From an uncultured Myxococcaceae bacterium (GTDB taxonomy: Bacteria > Myxococcota > UBA727 > JABDBI01), in contig CAZWPE010000002.1 in the NCBI GenBank assembly GCA_964635635.1, positions 22,312 through 86,311 on the forward strand: 64,000 nucleotides of DNA, given 5' to 3'. Both the position numbers and the translations under genes were made by a program. The notes beneath the pieces were generated by a model. It was given only the letters and a program-made list of their open reading frames with translations, was not told where the DNA came from and did not search any database. Shown piece by piece: positions 26,202 to 35,646 of the stretch (positions are counted from its first letter, which is position 1; each line of letters begins with the position of its first letter).

Positions 26202-27919
26202 GGAATATTCTCCTTCAGTATGGTTTAGCCTCGATGTTTTACTCGCGCAACTGGGTTTTTCTATGTTTCATCATCTCACTAATTTCAGGAGTTAGTTGCA
26301 AGCCGAAAGGGCATCAAATACGGGAGCAACTGGCTAGCCCCGATACCATCACCATAGGCCTTTCTCAGGAACCAGATTCGTTGTTTGTGCCATTCAAGGA
26401 AATGATGGTTTCCGAAGAGGTAATGCGTGTTGGGAATTACACTCTGACAATTTTCGATGAAGGGTGGAATCTTGTTCCTTGGGCTGCAAAAGAAATCCCA
26501 ACCGTTAAAAATGGTGGGTTAAGACTTTATACGGAAAATGGTCAGAAAAAGATGCAGACAGTCTGGCATATTAGGGAAGACCTTTTTTGGCCAGACGGCA
26601 AACCGCTGATCGCAGATGACTTTGTCCTAAATTATGAAATTCATAAAGATCCAACTCAAGAAGTGATTGACCGGACCGGTGTTGAAAAAATTGAGCGAAT
26701 GGAAAGCATTGGGGTGGACAAAAAGACCCTGGTGGTAACTTGGAAGGAGCCTTATGCCTATTATGCCAATTACCGAAATCATGAGGCATTACCGGTTCAT
26801 ATTTTAGGCCCGCTATACCAGTTAAATCCTGAGCGTCTTAAAAAAAGCCCATTTGCTCAAACACCCATGCTGGCTGGGGCATATACCATTACAGAGTGGT
26901 CACCGGGTGAGTATATCCGCGCTGAGGTGAATGCTTATGCTAAAGGTTGGCTGAAGCCAAAAGTCAAAGAGATTGTCTGGCGCATTATCCCCCAAACAAA
27001 CACACTTGAGTCAAATTTGGTTGCAGGCGATATCGATGCAATTTCTCCTGTTGGTATGGATTTAGATCAAGCCATGCAATTTGAGCGGCGCTTCAAGGAT
27101 CGATTTAACTTCTATTACACCCCTGGTTTGGTCTGGGAGCATATTGATTTCAATTTAGATAACCCAATCTTGAAAGATAAACGTGTACGCCAAGCGCTTG
27201 CCTATGGTTATAATCAAGATGGTATTACCAAGTTGCTTTTTAAAGGCAGGCAGCCATCTGCGCATGCAAGTGAGCCCGAAAAATCTCCTTACTACAACCC
27301 CAATGTCCGAAAATATGAGTTTAACTCAGCCAAAGCAGAAGCTTTGCTTGAGGAGGCTGGCTGGAAGCGGCCGAGTCCGGGTGAAACCCGCCAAAAAAAT
27401 GGCCAGCCATTAAAATTTATCCTGATGACAACTTCGGGCAACAAATCACGAGAACGGGTTGAACAGCTTTTACAGTCTTCTTGGCGGAGTATTGGGATAG
27501 ATGTTGAGATCCGAAATCAGCCAGCCAAGGTTTTTTTCAGTGAGACAGTTCATAAACGCAAATTCCCTCACATGGCACTGTTTTCTTGGGTGAAGGATCC
27601 AGTCATGATGTCAGACACAATCTGGCGTTGTGATAATATCCCCCGCGAATCAAATCACTTTTTGGGTCAGAACATATCTGGATTCTGCAACGCCGAGGCA
27701 GATGCTCTGATCAAAGCTGGGTCGCAGGAATTGGACGCTGCTAAGCGTGCCAAGATAGGTCAGAAATTAGAGGCTGTACTGGCAGAGGAACTTCCGTCGT
27801 TGCCTCTATACTTTAGAGTTGAAGTGAGTGTGACCAAGAAAGGTTTCCAAAATTGGAAGCCGACGGGTATTTTACAACCAGTGACCTGGAATGCAAAAGA
27901 TTGGAGCTTTAAATCATGA
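26195..27919 (+). CDS. ABC transporter substrate-binding protein, family 5 (peptide/nickel, OppA/DppA-like); true start probably downstream of 26195
   Basis: About 570 aa periplasmic binding protein with the overall family 5 pattern. Directly followed by two OppBC-type permeases. Confidence 0.6.
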   Translation: MTWNILLQYGLASMFYSRNWVFLCFIISLISGVSCKPKGHQIREQLASPDTITIGLSQEPDSLFVPFKEMMVSEEVMRVGNYTLTIFDEGWNLVPWAAKEIPTVKNGGLRLYTENGQKKMQTVWHIREDLFWPDGKPLIADDFVLNYEIHKDPTQEVIDRTGVEKIERMESIGVDKKTLVVTWKEPYAYYANYRNHEALPVHILGPLYQLNPERLKKSPFAQTPMLAGAYTITEWSPGEYIRAEVNAYAKGWLKPKVKEIVWRIIPQTNTLESNLVAGDIDAISPVGMDLDQAMQFERRFKDRFNFYYTPGLVWEHIDFNLDNPILKDKRVRQALAYGYNQDGITKLLFKGRQPSAHASEPEKSPYYNPNVRKYEFNSAKAEALLEEAGWKRPSPGETRQKNGQPLKFILMTTSGNKSRERVEQLLQSSWRSIGIDVEIRNQPAKVFFSETVHKRKFPHMALFSWVKDPVMMSDTIWRCDNIPRESNHFLGQNISGFCNAEADALIKAGSQELDAAKRAKIGQKLEAVLAEELPSLPLYFRVEVSVTKKGFQNWKPTGILQPVTWNAKDWSFKS

Positions 27920-29358
27920 AGCACTTGGGCCTTAGGCTAGCGCAGATGTTTGCTATTCTCGCTGTGCTGAGTGTCTTTCTTTTTGCGTTGATGCTTAAAA
28001 TGCCTGGTAATCCGGTCGATTTATTGATTACCAGCAATCCGCGGATCAAAGCTGAAGATGTGATTCGGCTTAAAAAGCTTAAGGGCCTCGATAAGCCTTG
28101 GTATGTGCAATATGCACGTTGGATGTGGGGGTATTATGAACCCATGCGCGCACCGGAAATCCCATCCAGTTGGGGAGAAATACCCCCCTTTGAAAAAGGG
28201 GGGGAGGGGGGATTTATTAGCAGTGGCCGTGAGTGGATTATTGCTAAAAATGAGGCTGGTCTCGAGTCAGTAGGCTCTCGGGTTGTTCAGAAATCTAAAC
28301 CATCTCCATTTTGGATTGTTCCGATCCCAGAGCAGGTTGTTGAGAATGCTGACAATTTTTCAGTCGATTTGTCACACTATGTGATGGGAGATACGAAGGG
28401 ACTGACTTATAAACTTGAAAGTGGTCCGGGGAAGATTGACGCGTCGGGTGTTTATCGGTGGCCAGAGCATGCCATGGGTCAGAAGGCAGTTGTTTTCAGC
28501 GTTCGAAACAAAACTGGTTTAGAAGCCAAAGGCGCGTTTTCGGTTGAGCAGGATCCGGTTCCGAATAGGTCTCTATTTAATCGTGGATTCATGTTTGTGT
28601 TAATAGGCGATACCGCTGCGATGGGTTTTTCAAATACATACAAACGCCCCGTGTGGGGACTTCTAAAAAGCCGTATTGCTAATACATTGGCCCTCATGAT
28701 TCCTGCGATATTGCTGTCGCTCCTAATCGCTTTGCCGCTTGGAATCTGGAGTGCATACAGGCAGTATTCATGGCTCGACTATGTTTTGAATTTCCTAGCC
28801 TTTGTTGGCATCTCAATGCCTGTTTTTTGGTTCGGAATCATGATGATGTACTGGTTTTCCGAACAACTTCAGTGGCTTCCGGCAGGTGGTATTGAAACTC
28901 CGGGCATTGGACGACAAGGTCTTTGGATTCAGTTTTTGGATCGCCTGGAGCATGCAATTTTACCTGTCTCAGTCTTGTCGATTGCCTATGTGGGTCGCTG
29001 GCTTCGATATATGCGCGCATCGATGTTGGAAGTGTTGCCGGCTGACTATATTCGAACTGCTCGTGCGAAGGGTTTGTCCGAACGTTGGGTGGTTTTGAAA
29101 CATGCTTTGCGTAATGCACTGATTCCCATCGTGACCATTTTAGCGTTGTCAGTCCCCGCACTTTTTGGTGGAGCGGTGCTGACAGAGACTGTATTTTCGT
29201 GGCCCGGGATTGGGCGTTTAGAGTACGACGCAATTGCAAGCAGTGACTATTATGTGGCGATTGTGGTGTTTTTGATATCGGCCTTTTTAGTGATGTTGGG
29301 TAACTTGCTTGCCGATTGGTTGTACATTTTGGTTGACCCAAGAATGAGAAAATCATGA
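27916..29358 (+). CDS. ABC transporter permease, OppB/DppB-like, with a ~170-aa periplasmic insertion between TM1 and TM2
   Basis: C-terminal two-thirds matches OppB-type permeases (EAA-like loop YIRTARAKGLSERWVVLKHALRNA). Residues ~60-230 are extra and contain an Ig-like beta-rich segment. Confidence 0.7.
   Translation: MKHLGLRLAQMFAILAVLSVFLFALMLKMPGNPVDLLITSNPRIKAEDVIRLKKLKGLDKPWYVQYARWMWGYYEPMRAPEIPSSWGEIPPFEKGGEGGFISSGREWIIAKNEAGLESVGSRVVQKSKPSPFWIVPIPEQVVENADNFSVDLSHYVMGDTKGLTYKLESGPGKIDASGVYRWPEHAMGQKAVVFSVRNKTGLEAKGAFSVEQDPVPNRSLFNRGFMFVLIGDTAAMGFSNTYKRPVWGLLKSRIANTLALMIPAILLSLLIALPLGIWSAYRQYSWLDYVLNFLAFVGISMPVFWFGIMMMYWFSEQLQWLPAGGIETPGIGRQGLWIQFLDRLEHAILPVSVLSIAYVGRWLRYMRASMLEVLPADYIRTARAKGLSERWVVLKHALRNALIPIVTILALSVPALFGGAVLTETVFSWPGIGRLEYDAIASSDYYVAIVVFLISAFLVMLGNLLADWLYILVDPRMRKS
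28156..28216. repeat. Second intragenic copy of the G/C-tract palindromic element (GAAATCCC ... CCCCCCTTTGAAAAAGGGGGGGAGGGGGGATTT)
   Basis: Core is near-identical to the mfd copy. Encodes ...EIPPFEKGGEGGFI... in frame within the permease loop. Confidence 0.6.
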
Positions 29359-30257
29359 CAGAGACCTTTTCTGCACTGGTTTGGAGACGGTTTAAAAAGC
29401 ACAAGCTCGCGTTTTATTCGGCGTGGATTTTGCTGGTGCTTACTTTATTATCCGTGGCTGCGGGTGTTATCGAAAGTTTTCTGCATGTTTCCCATGACAT
29501 GGCGAGTCTGGATTTGGTGAATCAGGGCTCTGGCTGGCCACATTTGATGGGCACCAATGAGCTGGGTCAAGATGTTTTCACGCGTCTTTTATACGGCGGA
29601 CAAATTTCACTTGCGGTTGGTGTGATCTCGGCAGTGACTTCAGCGATTATTGGTTCGGTGATTGGATTGCTGGCGGGATATTACGGAGGTTGGCTGGATA
29701 GCATCTTGATGCGCTTTACCGATGCAATGTTGTCAATTCCAGTATTGCCACTCATGATCGTTTTTTCTGCGATTGATTTGGAAGCCATGTTTGGAGCCAG
29801 CAGCTGGACCTCGGGCAACTTTGCTTCGGTCGTTAAGCTTATTTTGATTATTGTTTTCTTTGGATGGATGACGGTGGCGCGTCTTGCTCGTGCAGCAGCT
29901 TTGCAACTTAAGAGCATGGAATTTGTGACAGCGGCACGTTCGCTGGGAGCTTCAGATCTTCGTATGCTTCTGGTTCATATTTTTCCAAACGCTCTAGCGC
30001 CAATTATTGTCGCAGCGACTCTCGAAGTAGGTGGCAATATTTTATATGAGGCATCTTTAAGTTTTCTAGGACTTGGTGTTCAACCACCCGTTAGTTCTTG
30101 GGGTAATATGCTGAACAACGCCGTTGAGTACATCAAAAGCGACCCAAGCTTAGCCTTTTGGCCGGGATTTATGATTTTAGTGACGGTGTCATGTTTTAAC
30201 TTCTTTGGTGATGGTTTGAGGGATGCGCTTGACCCGTATCAAGTCATGAAGCAATAA
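29355..30257 (+). CDS. ABC transporter permease, OppC/DppC-like
   Basis: 300 aa, six TM helices, EAA-like motif region (AARSLGASDLRMLLVHIFPNA). Confidence 0.75.
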   Translation: MTETFSALVWRRFKKHKLAFYSAWILLVLTLLSVAAGVIESFLHVSHDMASLDLVNQGSGWPHLMGTNELGQDVFTRLLYGGQISLAVGVISAVTSAIIGSVIGLLAGYYGGWLDSILMRFTDAMLSIPVLPLMIVFSAIDLEAMFGASSWTSGNFASVVKLILIIVFFGWMTVARLARAAALQLKSMEFVTAARSLGASDLRMLLVHIFPNALAPIIVAATLEVGGNILYEASLSFLGLGVQPPVSSWGNMLNNAVEYIKSDPSLAFWPGFMILVTVSCFNFFGDGLRDALDPYQVMKQ

Positions 30258-30264
30258 TGCTTGC

Positions 30265-30597
30265 ATGATTAAACAAATTACGTGCGATGACCTTAAAGCC
30301 AAGCAATCTTCCGGTAGTAAATTTTTGCTGATTGATGTCCGAACTCGTGAAGAGTGGAATGAAGGCAATATCCCGGGAGCTAAGCTCATGCTTGATATAC
30401 CAGGGGAAGAACTTGAAACGCTGCCTAAAGATACTGAGATTGTGTTTCAGTGTCGTTCCGGAGGCAGAAGCCAGCGTATGGCCGAGATTTTTGAAGCACG
30501 CGGTTTTACGAATTTGGCCAATCTGGCTGGTGGAATCCTGTCTTGGTCGCAAAAATCTGGCACAAGTGCCTCGTGTTGCGCGTCCCATCTCCACTAG
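30265..30597 (+). CDS. Single-domain rhodanese (sulfurtransferase)
   Basis: Active-site loop FQCRSGGRS and the LIDVRTREEW motif. Confidence 0.7.
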   Translation: MIKQITCDDLKAKQSSGSKFLLIDVRTREEWNEGNIPGAKLMLDIPGEELETLPKDTEIVFQCRSGGRSQRMAEIFEARGFTNLANLAGGILSWSQKSGTSASCCASHLH

Positions 30598-30608
30598 GGA
30601 GATGAGTT

Positions 30609-33389
30609 TTAAAAACTTTGTCCAATCGTGAATAGGAACTGCATGGCTGAATCCCCGCCTGGAATACCAGGGCTTCCATGCGGCCTTCGCACAAGCGGGA
30701 ATCCCCATTCGAAACGCAAAGCACCCATAGGACTAAACCATCTGAGTCCAAAACCCGCAGAACTGAAAAGTCCAAGGCCATAGAATGTTCCCAGTGGGTC
30801 GCTGTAGCCAGGATACTTCGATTTGGTATCGCCGGAGCCAATGTGAAAGAATCCTTCACCGGGTCCATACACATTACCCATATCGATAAAGCCAACACCA
30901 AAAAGATTCATCTGCTTAACCAATGGAAACTCGAGTTCGAGGTTAAGTAAGAATTGCTTGTTTCCACCAATGATTAACTGCCGAACAGGTTGTGTGCTGT
31001 ACTGCTGGCCAACATTCACAACGGGGCCAATGGACTGAAAGAAATAACCTCGAAGCCCCGTGGCCGCACCCAGTTGAACCCCCCCAAGTCTGAAGTTTTC
31101 AGACACGAGCGAAACGCCCATTGTGTCCAAAAGACCCATGTCAACGTTGAGTTTTAAAACCCAATTTCTCCAAAAAAACCACTTATCAAAGTTGTAGTAA
31201 ATCCTAAAATTTCCACCATAACGAATAAAGTTGTTCGTCGTGGCATCTTGTTTTAAGAAGTTGAGACCAGCGTCAATTCCTGTTGGCTGGTTGTCTTTGA
31301 CAATTTTATTTTCCAAATCAGCTAGCAAGACAGAGCCTAAATAACTGCTCGCAAATTCAGTTCTGAATTCAAAGAAGTACCCAGCTGTTGGGAAGATTCG
31401 ATTGTTTCGTTGGTCGAATTGCAACACAGGTCTTAGAGAAGTTGTGTATCTGGGTTGATGTAAGTGCCAGCCCCAGTAGTTAACACCGTCAATGCTGTCT
31501 TCAATGCGAACACGTTCAGCCGTGTAAGATAAGTAAAATCTCAAGTTTTCAAAATCTGGAACATAAGGACGCCATCCAGGAGATGCATTTTTCCACCATT
31601 TGGTTGAGATGTCTCGCATGAAGAATCCTACAGGGTAGCCCAAACTGATTTCTCCGCCTGAACTTGCTCTGTAGTAGTCCATGAAAAATCGTTGTGTGTC
31701 ATAGGCTCTAATCGAGAATGATAGAGGCGCATTGCCAATATAAGCGATATAGGGGTCAATGAACTGAAGTTCAAAGATTCTTCTGAAAGCAGACCATTGG
31801 ACTGTTCCTGTGATGACTTGTCCACGACCAAATAAGTTATTTTGGCTAATTTGGGCTTGAAACAAGAAACCTTCACCACCAGTGCCATACCCACCACCAA
31901 CCTGAATTGAACCCAGACGTTTTTCCTGAACTTCAATTTCAACATCCATGATATCTGGATCTGTGCTGGGCTTCGTTTTGAAACTGATGTTTTCAAAGTA
32001 ACCCAATTGGTGAAGTCTTTGTTCGCTTAACCTTAGCATGGATGCTGAATAAAGCTCACCTTCATAAACACGAAGTTCTCGTCGAATGACTTCATCAATG
32101 GTTGTGTTATTTCCTTTGATATCAAATCTTCCAAAATGGACTAATGGACCAGGCTCAATCTCCAGTTTCAAGTCAACCGTGAGGTCTTCTTCATGAATTT
32201 CACTCAAGGGGATAACATTCACATAGGCGTAACCTTCGTCTTGGTAGAGTTCCTGAATCGAAGATAGGTTCTGCCCAAAGAGTGTTTTGTTGAAGGTATC
32301 CCCGTCTTTGAGTTCGATTTTTTTACGAAGTTGTTCACGAGTGTGTTCTAAGAGTTCACCGGAGAAATCTAAATCACCTAATTTGTAAGATTGACCTTCA
32401 ATAATTGATAGATAGATAGAGATACGCTTCTTATCGGGTGAAAGACTTGCTCTTGGTTTAGCAACTTGTACATTTAAAAATCCGTGTTCTTGGTAAAGCT
32501 GCTCAATCAGGAGCCGGTCATATTCCAACATATCTTCGTTGAAGACCCCCCACTGAGTGACAAAGCTCAGCGGATGTCGCTCTTTGGTGGGCATGATTTC
32601 TTTAATTTGATCAGTCGAAATGTGTTTGTTGCCCAGGATCGTAATATGCTCGACCTTGATTTTAGATTCTTCGTCAATATGGAATATGACATCAACGAAA
32701 TCAGGAGACTTAGATTTTTCTTCTGTTTTGATATCGTTTGGTGTGGTTGATTTAACTTCATACTCGACATGGGCGAGTAAGAACCCCTTATCAACGTATA
32801 ATTTCCGAATTTTTTCTGCGTTTTCCTTAATTCGGCTGAGTGTTGCAATCTGATAGGGTTTGAGGTCAACAACTTCTTTCAGATCATCTACAGAAATATC
32901 ATCATTGCCTTCGAACCGAATCTGATAGAGAGTCGCTTTTTCTTTAAGGTTATATGTAAGAACAATGCTGTTATTGGGTCCAGATTGTTCCTCAACCTGA
33001 ATGTCTGTAAAAAGACCCATTTTAAAAATTTGTCTAATATCTTCAGCAACAGTTTCAGGATCTAATGTTTTTCCTAGTTCAGATTTAATGACTGGGAGCA
33101 CTGCCTCAGGCTCAATTTTTTGAGTTCCAGTGATCCGAATTTCATAAATTAAATTGGAGTTAGGAGTTTCAGCCCTCAAAACTCCAGGTTCTCCACCTCG
33201 TTTGAGAGCTTCTATGAATTTGGGTGATGGAGCTGCAGAGGGCAGGGCGCGTGAAATAGAGGGGTCTCTGATTTCGGCAGCCTTTTTCTTTTTATGTGGC
33301 ACAGGAGGCTGATTCGGCATTCCCATCTGCCCAAATGCCATGGGCAAAGCAACAATCAAGCCGAAGATAATTTTTGAGCACCGATTCAT
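30609..33389 (-). CDS. bamA: Outer membrane protein assembly factor BamA
   Basis: 926 aa. Signal peptide, multiple POTRA-like repeats, C-terminal 16-strand beta-barrel ending in an aromatic residue (..IGQSF). Confidence 0.8.
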   Translation of the reverse strand: MNRCSKIIFGLIVALPMAFGQMGMPNQPPVPHKKKKAAEIRDPSISRALPSAAPSPKFIEALKRGGEPGVLRAETPNSNLIYEIRITGTQKIEPEAVLPVIKSELGKTLDPETVAEDIRQIFKMGLFTDIQVEEQSGPNNSIVLTYNLKEKATLYQIRFEGNDDISVDDLKEVVDLKPYQIATLSRIKENAEKIRKLYVDKGFLLAHVEYEVKSTTPNDIKTEEKSKSPDFVDVIFHIDEESKIKVEHITILGNKHISTDQIKEIMPTKERHPLSFVTQWGVFNEDMLEYDRLLIEQLYQEHGFLNVQVAKPRASLSPDKKRISIYLSIIEGQSYKLGDLDFSGELLEHTREQLRKKIELKDGDTFNKTLFGQNLSSIQELYQDEGYAYVNVIPLSEIHEEDLTVDLKLEIEPGPLVHFGRFDIKGNNTTIDEVIRRELRVYEGELYSASMLRLSEQRLHQLGYFENISFKTKPSTDPDIMDVEIEVQEKRLGSIQVGGGYGTGGEGFLFQAQISQNNLFGRGQVITGTVQWSAFRRIFELQFIDPYIAYIGNAPLSFSIRAYDTQRFFMDYYRASSGGEISLGYPVGFFMRDISTKWWKNASPGWRPYVPDFENLRFYLSYTAERVRIEDSIDGVNYWGWHLHQPRYTTSLRPVLQFDQRNNRIFPTAGYFFEFRTEFASSYLGSVLLADLENKIVKDNQPTGIDAGLNFLKQDATTNNFIRYGGNFRIYYNFDKWFFWRNWVLKLNVDMGLLDTMGVSLVSENFRLGGVQLGAATGLRGYFFQSIGPVVNVGQQYSTQPVRQLIIGGNKQFLLNLELEFPLVKQMNLFGVGFIDMGNVYGPGEGFFHIGSGDTKSKYPGYSDPLGTFYGLGLFSSAGFGLRWFSPMGALRFEWGFPLVRRPHGSPGIPGGDSAMQFLFTIGQSF

Positions 33390-33414
33390 CTCAGGGTTTG
33401 CTATAGAACGGAGT

Positions 33415-33888
33415 ATGATCCTGGTCTATAGCCTCCTGACAGAAAATAGAGAACGGCTTGTGAATGATTTGGTTCACCATCTTCGAAGTGAATCAAGAGT
33501 TTACGCTCGATTCTCACGCGTTGAACTCCGAGAAACCATGAAATCGTTATTTGATGCGTATTGTGAATATTTGATTTCAGGAAACCAGGCAAAGCTGCAA
33601 GTGATTTTGGGCTACTGGTTTAAATTGGGCTCAAGCCGTTCGATCGACGCTGCAATGCTTATTAAAGCTCCATTTGCGATACTGCCAGTGGTGAGAGAAT
33701 ATTTACAGGTTGCTTACAAAAATATGTCAGAGCAAGATCGAGCAAGCTTTAACCAAGCCATGAAGTGTGTTGAAGGTTCTGTTTCAAAGACAATGGGTCT
33801 TTGTGTGGGCGTATTTGCTGAACAACAGGCGTTGCCTGTACTCGGTAAACAACCCGGAATGCTCAGATACGCTGTGTTGCGTGGTTAA
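33415..33888 (+). CDS. Hypothetical protein
   Basis: ORF trimmed to the first ATG that does not overlap bamA. No motif recognised. Confidence 0.3.
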   Translation: MILVYSLLTENRERLVNDLVHHLRSESRVYARFSRVELRETMKSLFDAYCEYLISGNQAKLQVILGYWFKLGSSRSIDAAMLIKAPFAILPVVREYLQVAYKNMSEQDRASFNQAMKCVEGSVSKTMGLCVGVFAEQQALPVLGKQPGMLRYAVLRG

Positions 33889-34373
33889 AGAGATTTAATA
33901 TGCTCCACATAAGTTGCCCAATTGGCAGCCATCATGGATGTTTCTCGTTCATTAACAGGTCTGATCACTTTAGCGGGTGAGCCCATCACCAAAGAGCCAG
34001 GTGGGATTTTGGTATTAGCTGTTACAAGACTACCAGCACCGACGAGAGAGCCCCTCCCGATCACGCAGTTGTCGAGTAAGATTGCTCCCATACCAATGAG
34101 ACAATCATCTTCAACAGTGCAGCCGTGGAGAATCACGCGATGCCCAATGGTGACGCGATTACCCACGTAGGTTTCGCTTAGGTTCTTGGTTGCGTGTACA
34201 ACGGTTCCATCTTGAACCGAGCAAGAGTCACTAATGGTGATTTTCCCCATATCACCCCGCAAAACAACCATGGGCCAGATGCTTGAATCTTTACCGATTT
34301 CAACATCACCAATGATTTCAGAACGAGGATGTATGTAAGCTTCTGGATGAATTTTCATGACGCTTGCTGACAA
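33885..34373 (-). CDS. Gamma-carbonic-anhydrase-family / hexapeptide-repeat protein (YrdA/PaaY-like)
   Basis: Left-handed beta-helix hexapeptide repeats with conserved His residues (VHATKN, ILHGCTVED). Confidence 0.65.
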   Translation of the reverse strand: MSASVMKIHPEAYIHPRSEIIGDVEIGKDSSIWPMVVLRGDMGKITISDSCSVQDGTVVHATKNLSETYVGNRVTIGHRVILHGCTVEDDCLIGMGAILLDNCVIGRGSLVGAGSLVTANTKIPPGSLVMGSPAKVIRPVNERETSMMAANWATYVEHIKSL

Positions 34374-34603
34374 GGTGCTTTATCAGTTCCGCAGCCAGCT
34401 TTTTCACATGAGGGCTTAGAAGATGCATACAAGTCTTTGTACCAACCACCGCCTTTGAGTGAGAAACTTGTATGACTCATTACTTTTTGCATTCCCATTT
34501 TCTCTCCACATGCGCTACAAGACTCTGGAGCGGGATCGGTGACCTTTTGAAGGACCTCTTCCTGAGAATTGCAGAAAGTACACTGGTATTCGTAGATGGG
34601 CAT
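34355..34603 (-). CDS. FmdB-family zinc-ribbon protein
   Basis: MPIYEYQCTFC ... CSACG: classic FmdB CxxC pairs. Start trimmed to MPIYEY. Confidence 0.55.
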   Translation of the reverse strand: MPIYEYQCTFCNSQEEVLQKVTDPAPESCSACGEKMGMQKVMSHTSFSLKGGGWYKDLYASSKPSCEKAGCGTDKAPCQQAS

Positions 34604-35234
34604 TGCTAAAAAACCTCTCACTCAGAAAATAAACACGGCTACAGGGTCCGTCAAGCGGCTTTCCTTTTATGCCAAAACCCTTTTACCGACCTCTCATGGT
34701 TCTTTTGAGTGTTTAATATTTCGGGATTCCAATGGGTTAGAGCATGTAGCCATGGTGAAGGGTGATCTGAAAGAAGGTGAAGATGTGCTCTGCCGAATCC
34801 ATTCAGAATGCTTAACCAGTGAAGTTTTTGGCTCTCAAAAATGTGATTGCAAGCATCAGTTAGATTCTGCTTTAGACGAGGTCCAGCGTTCCGGTAGAGG
34901 GGTTGTTTTGTATTTGCGCCAAGAAGGCCGAGGGATTGGCCTTGGCAATAAAATCAAAGCCTATGCCTTGCAAGAAGAAGGGCTGGACACGGTAGATGCT
35001 AACCAAGCATTGGGTTTACCCATAGATGCTAGAAATTATGAAATAGCTGCTGAAATGCTTCAGCATCTGGGCATACGTTCTGTTCGTTTGTTGACCAATA
35101 ATCCTCTTAAGATCAAGGCATTGGCTGATATTGGCATTGCGGCCAAGCGGCAGCAGCTTGAGATTGGACAAATCCCAGCACAGGCGGCTGAGTACGTTCG
35201 GGTCAAACAAAAACGTTTAGGGCACATTGCTTGA
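34596..35234 (+). CDS. ribA: GTP cyclohydrolase II
   Basis: Zinc site CLTSEVFGSQKCDCKHQ and the RQEGRGIGL motif. 212 aa. Confidence 0.8.
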   Translation: MGIAKKPLTQKINTATGSVKRLSFYAKTLLPTSHGSFECLIFRDSNGLEHVAMVKGDLKEGEDVLCRIHSECLTSEVFGSQKCDCKHQLDSALDEVQRSGRGVVLYLRQEGRGIGLGNKIKAYALQEEGLDTVDANQALGLPIDARNYEIAAEMLQHLGIRSVRLLTNNPLKIKALADIGIAAKRQQLEIGQIPAQAAEYVRVKQKRLGHIA

Positions 35235-35270
35235 AACATAGGGACTCTCCAGCTTAAGCTGGTAGGCACT

Positions 35271-35633
35271 ATGAACAACAAACATCTTTTAACTCTTGGA
35301 CGTGTTTTTTTTGCAGTTCCATTTTTGATTTTCGGGGTTAACCACTTGATGATGGCAGATGCTATGGCCTCAATAGTCCCGGGATTCTTGCCTTATGCAA
35401 CTTTCTGGGTTTATTTCACTGGCCTAGCTTTGGTTGCTGCCGCACTTGCAATCCTGTTGAAGCGCTACGTGAAATGGGCTTGTTATGGTCTGGCCATCTT
35501 TCTCCTTTTGACAATGTTTACGATCCATTTTGTCGGCATAATGAATGGAGACATGATGATGCCAATGGTAGGCTTTCTCAAAGACATGGGTCTCCTGGGT
35601 GGAGCACTCTTGTTGAGTAGTATCGAAAACTAG
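35271..35633 (+). CDS. DoxX-family membrane protein
   Basis: 120 aa with four TM helices. N-terminus LGRVFFAVPFLIFGVNHL is typical of DoxX. Confidence 0.5.
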   Translation: MNNKHLLTLGRVFFAVPFLIFGVNHLMMADAMASIVPGFLPYATFWVYFTGLALVAAALAILLKRYVKWACYGLAIFLLLTMFTIHFVGIMNGDMMMPMVGFLKDMGLLGGALLLSSIEN

Positions 35634-35646
35634 TCTAAAGTGCTTC

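Noticed and set aside
26195-26340. Long N-terminal extension of the substrate-binding protein overlapping the convergent lipoprotein gene end
   Set aside because: Probably an annotation artefact of taking the first ATG; an internal start with a signal peptide is more plausible. The exact start cannot be fixed without homologues.
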